NCBI GenBank assembly: GCA_965214935.1
Contig: CBDCCS010000004.1
Span: 1-64,000, forward strand
Origin: Candidatus Velthaea sp.
Lineage (GTDB): Bacteria > Vulcanimicrobiota > Vulcanimicrobiia > Vulcanimicrobiales > Vulcanimicrobiaceae
Length of the DNA stretch: 64,000 nucleotides
Direction of reading: 5' to 3'
Below the pieces are notes generated by a model that saw only the letters and a list, made by a program, of their open reading frames with translations, did not search any database and was not told the origin of the DNA. The position numbers and the translations under genes are program-made. Shown here in pieces: positions 59,265 to 64,000 of this stretch; within the stretch, counting starts at the first letter, position 1; each line of letters begins with the position of its first letter.

Positions 59265-59914
59265 TTGACCTCGAAATCAACCGGCGTGACGAGCCAGCTG
59301 CCCGGATCGGTCAATTGAAACACGCCGACGACCGACACGTGTTTTCCGCTGAGACTACTCGTGCCGACTTTCGCCAACACGTCTTTCTTGAGCTGCTTGT
59401 TGAGCGCTGCTCCGGCATTCTGATATTCGATCTGATTGGTGAACTGGCCGAAATTTATCGTGCCGGTCGCATCGCGCAAGTCGGTGCCGAGAATTGCCGG
59501 TCCGGTTTGCACTTTGACGCTGATCGTCTTCGGCAGACCCGGCACCGCGATATCGTACGTACCAAAATCGTCTTTGCCGGCGACGCCGGTGAATTTCACA
59601 GGCATCTCCGGACCAGCGCTTGCCGCCGTTCCATATTGCTTTGCCGCTGCCGTCGCGTTACGGGCGATCGCGGCAGCCAACGTGGCGGCGGGCACGGCGC
59701 GCCGATCGATGGCCGACTGCACCTTCGGAAACTCGGCCGCGCCGTATTCGGCCGCCGAAAAGCCGCCGGGTGCAACACTTGTTGATGAACCGATGCGCAC
59801 CACTTTTGTATCGATCGCCATCGCGGCGACGAGTCCGACGGCGATAGCCCAGAGGACGATCGCGCGGACGTTCGTTGCGCGCGGCGCGCTTGCACGACTC
59901 GCTTGTTCCCGCAT
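59261..59914 (-). CDS. DUF2291 family protein
   Basis: AMAIDTKVV, VQTGPAI.GTDLRDA.G.I.FGQFTNQIEYQ. Confidence 0.88.
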   Translation of the reverse strand: MREQASRASAPRATNVRAIVLWAIAVGLVAAMAIDTKVVRIGSSTSVAPGGFSAAEYGAAEFPKVQSAIDRRAVPAATLAAAIARNATAAAKQYGTAASAGPEMPVKFTGVAGKDDFGTYDIAVPGLPKTISVKVQTGPAILGTDLRDATGTINFGQFTNQIEYQNAGAALNKQLKKDVLAKVGTSSLSGKHVSVVGVFQLTDPGSWLVTPVDFEVK

Positions 59915-60104
59915 CGTCAGCTCGAGACGACCGGGCGGTACATACGAGGAGACGGCCAGAGAAGTGGTGCGGACACACGTACCTCACGACAAAGCGCACG
60001 CCGCAATAGATTTTTCGCCCGAGCGCGCAAGCAGCGACTTCGACAACGGGAAACGGAGCACTGCGTGCGTCCGCACAGCCAACGTTGCGCGCGCGACGCC
60101 GCAG

Positions 60105-60133
60105 TTGCTAGGCGTCAACGTCGATGTTACGAT
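60105..60133 (+). promoter_or_regulatory. Extended -10 promoter of rnpB
   Basis: TTGCTA-N17-TACGAT with TG at the extended -10 position, ending 7 nt before P1. Confidence 0.7.
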
Positions 60134-60139
60134 ACGGGC

Positions 60140-60509
60140 GCGGAGTACGCCGGGTCATCGCAGGCAACGCTTTGTCTGAGGAAAGTCCGGGCTTCATAGG
60201 GCAGGGTGCAGGATAACGTCCTGTCGAGGCGACTCGAAGGAAAGTGCCACAGAAACAAACCGCGTTCGCTCGGTTCGCCGCGCGTAACGTAAGGGTGAAA
60301 TCGTGAGGTAAGAGCTCACGGCGATGTGCGGAGACGCACTCGCGGGTAAACCCCACCTGAAGCAAGATCGCTCGGCATTCGCGTATGCGACAACCGGCCC
60401 GGTTGAACGAGCAACATCGCACCGAGCCGTCCGGTAACGGACGGCCCAGATAGATGATGACCGCCGTGCTGATGTACGGTACAGAATCCGGCTTACAGGC
60501 GTACTCCGC
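60140..60509 (+). ncRNA. rnpB: RNase P RNA (type A)
   Basis: GAGGAAAGTCCGGGC, GGAAAGTGCCACAGAAA, GGGTAAACCCC, ACAGAATCCGGCTTA; P1 stem GCGGAGTACGCC/GGCGTACTCCGC. Confidence 0.96.
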
Positions 60510-60590
60510 ATTCGACGTGCGCGCAACCGCCGGGACGTCAACGGCGTCTTATCGAATAATGCCGCTGCCTCGTTCCGAGGTTCGAGCCGT

Positions 60591-61001
60591 ATGGAGAGCT
60601 ACGTGGCCCATTTTAACACAGACCTGACCGTTGAGAACGCATTTAAAGTCCATGCCGGCGCGCGCCGCGTGTTTGCGAAGTTCCATCTCGGCGGTTGTTC
60701 GAATTGCTCGATCAGCGAGACCGAGACGATCGAACAAGTTAGCGAAGGCTACGGTATCCCGCTCGACATGCTCATGGCCGAGCTCGAGAAGCTGTTCGAC
60801 CAGCCTGCGCTCGAAATCGGTGACGCGGTCCGGCTGCCCGATGAGATTCGATCGAAGATTCCGCAGCTCGCGACGGTCCCCGAGATCGGCCGCGTAACGG
60901 AGCTCACCGCCGGTGCTTATGTCGTTGAGTTCGGCGATGTCCGGCTGCAAGGCTTAGCCGAAGATTTCATCAAGGCCGAAGCGGTAACCGCTCCCGCCTA
61001 A
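60591..61001 (+). CDS. DUF1858-like (redox CxxC) domain protein with a small C-terminal beta domain
   Basis: VFAKFHLGGCSNCSISETETIEQV...YGI.LD.L..EL. Confidence 0.72.
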   Translation: MESYVAHFNTDLTVENAFKVHAGARRVFAKFHLGGCSNCSISETETIEQVSEGYGIPLDMLMAELEKLFDQPALEIGDAVRLPDEIRSKIPQLATVPEIGRVTELTAGAYVVEFGDVRLQGLAEDFIKAEAVTAPA

Positions 61002-61100
61002 CAAGCTCCATCCTAACCGACGGCATGTTCTGAGCAAGTGCTGCATGCGTGCGGCACTGCTCGTTCGCGTCGGACGCGCCGATCGCGTCGGGCACGCCGA

Positions 61101-61487
61101 TTATGGTACGTCGAGCGGCTTTCGGCTGCGAAAGCCTTCATCCGTACCATGCCAATGCGCGAGCGTCGTCTCGCCGGCTTTCCAGCAAAGATAGATCGGA
61201 CGGCCCTCGCGTAGCGCGGGAAAATCCAACAGGCCGAGGTCGATATCTTTAACGACGCAGCCGTACGCCTCGATACGGTTGATGAGCCGGACGATTTCGG
61301 CTTTGAGTTCGGTAAAGCGGCGGCCCGAACGCCGGTCGATTGCGCGCTCCGGACGTCCGCCGCGCAACGCCGGATCGATCTCGAGCAGTTTAATTGCAAG
61401 CTCGCGGCGCTTGAGCCACAGTTCTTCGAGAATCGGCTCGAGAACCGGTATGAGGGCGTTGGCATTTTCGGGCGAAAAGAGTTTCAT
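61101..61487 (-). CDS. DUF2203 family protein
   Basis: KLFSPENANALIP, G.VVKDIDLGLLDFP, YLCWKAGE....WH..DEGF..RKP. Confidence 0.88.
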   Translation of the reverse strand: MKLFSPENANALIPVLEPILEELWLKRRELAIKLLEIDPALRGGRPERAIDRRSGRRFTELKAEIVRLINRIEAYGCVVKDIDLGLLDFPALREGRPIYLCWKAGETTLAHWHGTDEGFRSRKPLDVP

Positions 61488-61488
61488 A

Positions 61489-62340
61489 ATGCGGCGTCTT
61501 GTCATCGTAACGGGGCTGTCGGGCGCGGGCAAGAGCCAGGCGCTAAAATCGTTCGAGGATCTCGGCTTCGCATGCCTCGATAATCTGCCGCCGGTTCTTT
61601 GCCCGCAGTTCGTCGCACTCGTCGAACGTGCAAGGATCGAGCGAGCGGCAATTGCACTCGACGTGCGGACCGCCGGACCGTTCGGTGACGCGATCACGAC
61701 GATCGGCGACCTTTGGACGGCCGGTGAAAAGCCGGAGTTGTTATTCCTCGACGCCGACGACGCGACCGTCGTGCGACGCTACAGCGAAACGCGGCGGCGC
61801 CATCCGTTCGGCGAAAGCACGCTGCATCTCACGGATGCCATTGCCGCGGAACGTAACGCCTTGGCGCCTTTGCGCGATCGCGCCGATCACGTATGGGACA
61901 CGTCGCGCTTGACGCACGGCATGCTCAAAGAACGTATCGAGGCAACGTTCGCGAGCGGCGTCAAGCAGATGCAGATATCACTGATCGCCTTCGGCTTCAA
62001 ATACGGCATTCCGCTGGACTGCGATCTGCTCTTCGACGTCCGGTTTTTGCCGAATCCTAATTACGTTCCGGCGCTCAAACCATTGACGGGTAACGATGCG
62101 GCGGTTGCCGCGTATCTCGAAGTGCTGCCGCAAACCGAGCAGTTTCTGGGACACCTGTTGCCGATGCTCGACTTCTTGCTGCCGCGTTATCGCAGCGAAG
62201 GCAAGTCGCAGTTAACGATTGCGATCGGTTGTACCGGCGGACGGCATCGCTCGGTTTACTTGGCGCGCCGGCTCGAGCGCCATCTCTTGGCGACCGATGA
62301 GGCGGTCGTCAGCGTGCAAGAACGCGACTCGTACCGATGA
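61489..62340 (+). CDS. rapZ: RNase adapter RapZ (YvcJ)
   Basis: VTGLSGAGKS, DNLP, ETRRRHP, FGFKYG, DVRFLPNP, GCTGGRHRSV. Confidence 0.95.
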   Translation: MRRLVIVTGLSGAGKSQALKSFEDLGFACLDNLPPVLCPQFVALVERARIERAAIALDVRTAGPFGDAITTIGDLWTAGEKPELLFLDADDATVVRRYSETRRRHPFGESTLHLTDAIAAERNALAPLRDRADHVWDTSRLTHGMLKERIEATFASGVKQMQISLIAFGFKYGIPLDCDLLFDVRFLPNPNYVPALKPLTGNDAAVAAYLEVLPQTEQFLGHLLPMLDFLLPRYRSEGKSQLTIAIGCTGGRHRSVYLARRLERHLLATDEAVVSVQERDSYR

Positions 62341-63701
62341 CCCCGCTGCAGCGTTCGTTCGATCTCATTCGCTGGCTGCTACCGGGCTTAGGCGTAAAAC
62401 GCTGGCTGCTTATCGCGCTTGCCGGAGCGATCGTGCTTGTGAACGGCGTGTCGCGCTGGTTCACCGACGAGGGCTCGAGCTTCCGCGTCAATGAGTTCGT
62501 CGACACGATTACCAGCGACTTTCTTAACCCAAGTTACCTCTCGTATATCGAGATTGCGCTCGGCGCAATTCTCGTCGCAGTGGGCATCTGGCGCTGGCTC
62601 AATTCGATCGTCACCGCGCTCACGCCGTACGGTAAAGAGCGCGTCATCGACGCCCTCTACGCATCGCGCCTTAAGAGCGGCTATAAGATCGTCACGATCG
62701 GCGGCGGTACCGGACTGTCGACCATGCTGCGCGGGCTCAAACGTCACACGTCGAATTTGACGGCCGTCGTTACCGTGAGCGATGACGGCGGCAGCTCGGG
62801 ACGCTTACAAAAAGAACTGGGCGTTCTGCCGCCCGGCGATATTCGCAATTGCCTGGTCGCACTCGCCGACGACGAAGCACTCGTGACCGATCTCTTCCGC
62901 TACCGCTTTTCCGAAGGCGAAGGGCTGACGGGACACTCGTTCGGCAATCTCTTTCTCGCTGCAATGACCGGTATAACCGGCAATTTTGATGAGGCGATCA
63001 AAGTATCGAGCCGCGTGCTCAACATCAAAGGCCGCGTGCTGCCGGCGACGCTGGCGACGGCGCGGCTGTGCGCCACGCTCGTGGACGGTACGGTCATCGA
63101 GGGCGAATCGAACATTTCCCGCTCGACCAAAGCCATCGCCGACGTGTTCCTCGATCCGCCGTTTGCCGCGCCGCTCGATGAAGTCATCGAAGCGATCCGC
63201 GATGCCGACGCCGTCGTGCTCGGTCCCGGCTCGCTCTACACGTCGATCATGCCGAATCTACTCGTCGATCGCATCGCTCGCGAAGTCGCCGCGGCGAACG
63301 CGGTAAGAATTTACGTCTGCAACGTAATGACGCAGCCCGGCGAAACGGACGCGTATACGGCGTCCGCCCACGTCAAGACGCTGTTGGAGCGCGCAAAGGC
63401 GCGTGTCTGCGATGTCGTCGTCGTCAACGATCAACTACCGCGCAAACTACGCGACGCGTATGCCGTCGAGGGCCAACTGCCGGTCGTCGCCGACACGGCA
63501 GCCGTTGAGGCGCTGGGTGTGCGCGTGGTTCGTGCCGCCGTCATTAGCGAGACGCAGAACGTTCGGCATGATTCGGAGAAGCTTGCCGCCGTCGTCGTCG
63601 GCATCATCGACGAAGCCGTGGCATCGCGCGCTTCGTATGTGAAATTCCGCTCCGAGGCGTACCCTGCGGCAAAAACAAGCGGAGCCGATCGCGCGTCATG
63701 A
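62337..63701 (+). CDS. yvcK: YvcK/GlmR gluconeogenesis factor with N-terminal TM extension
   Basis: IGGGTGLS, DDGGSSG, PPGDIRNC, GHSFGNL, GPGSLYTS, NVMTQPGET, RHD. Confidence 0.94.
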   Translation: MTPLQRSFDLIRWLLPGLGVKRWLLIALAGAIVLVNGVSRWFTDEGSSFRVNEFVDTITSDFLNPSYLSYIEIALGAILVAVGIWRWLNSIVTALTPYGKERVIDALYASRLKSGYKIVTIGGGTGLSTMLRGLKRHTSNLTAVVTVSDDGGSSGRLQKELGVLPPGDIRNCLVALADDEALVTDLFRYRFSEGEGLTGHSFGNLFLAAMTGITGNFDEAIKVSSRVLNIKGRVLPATLATARLCATLVDGTVIEGESNISRSTKAIADVFLDPPFAAPLDEVIEAIRDADAVVLGPGSLYTSIMPNLLVDRIAREVAAANAVRIYVCNVMTQPGETDAYTASAHVKTLLERAKARVCDVVVVNDQLPRKLRDAYAVEGQLPVVADTAAVEALGVRVVRAAVISETQNVRHDSEKLAAVVVGIIDEAVASRASYVKFRSEAYPAAKTSGADRAS

Positions 63702-63705
63702 CGGA

Positions 63706-64000
63706 TTAGGCGAACTGCGCGCGCAGGATCTCGCCGGCCCGGCGCGCAGCATCGGCCAGCGCGGCGATCGTGCTGAAGTTTTCGGGGAGCTTGAGCATCG
63801 TCCGGGCCAATTCGAGTGTGGCGCTTTCGCAAGCGGCCCGCCGGTCAACGTCGGCAATCTCCAAAAAGTCGCCGACATGCGCGAAGCCTAAAATGCGCCG
63901 GATCATCTTTACCGCGGCAAATCCAATCATGTCGACATAAACACCGTCGACGAAGCGCACTCGTTCGGCCTGCAGCGCGGCGCGGCTTGACGGGTCGACA
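63706..64000 (-). CDS. mtnK: S-methyl-5-thioribose kinase, 3' part only
   Basis: D.IGFAAVKMIRRILGFAHVGDF..I.D...RA.CE...L is the MtnK C-terminal pattern. Confidence 0.8.
   Translation of the reverse strand, partial: VDPSSRAALQAERVRFVDGVYVDMIGFAAVKMIRRILGFAHVGDFLEIADVDRRAACESATLELARTMLKLPENFSTIAALADAARRAGEILRAQFA

Noticed and set aside
1..64000. Numerous Arg/Ala/Pro-rich alternative-frame and antisense ORFs in the track
   Set aside because: Shadow ORFs typical of high-GC DNA that overlap well-supported genes.

Overview
GC-rich bacterial chromosomal window made up mostly of housekeeping genes. The gene set (pyrR, yqeG, khpA, rapZ-yvcK, a copper-amine-oxidase-N domain protein, a GAAC-N4-GTTC SOS box) is Terrabacteria-like. 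An Eremiobacterota/Vulcanimicrobiota-type host is my inference and is not verified. Contents: a split pyrimidine cluster (valS-pyrR-pyrB-pyrC-carA, then a BatD/MoxR/DUF58/vWA module and pdxH, with a multiply frameshifted carB ~8.5 kb downstream of carA); a split class II ribonucleotide reductase (nrdJa/nrdJb) with tandem NrdR boxes and a LexA-like box; a yceD-rpmF-fabH-fabD-fabG-acpP-ffh-rpsP-khpA-rimM run; three stand-alone tRNAs (Ile-GAT, Ala-TGC, Ala-GGC); RNase P RNA; a DUF2291 sugar ABC transporter; rapZ-yvcK; and partial Hpt and mtnK genes at the edges. No CRISPR array, integrase or transposase was seen. The most interesting items are: (1) three small Gly/Ser-rich orphan genes, two of them tandem paralogues sharing a conserved C-terminal helix, an architecture like T3SS needle/rod or Hrp pilin proteins; (2) a secreted protein, split by one frameshift, that carries thioester-domain motifs, a YD-like repeat and a C-terminal HExxH module; (3) several genes that appear to start at ATT/ATC codons; (4) possible dual NrdR/SOS control of nrdJ; (5) an unannotated 37-aa membrane microprotein. 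All calls come from motif recognition by eye; no database searches were run.
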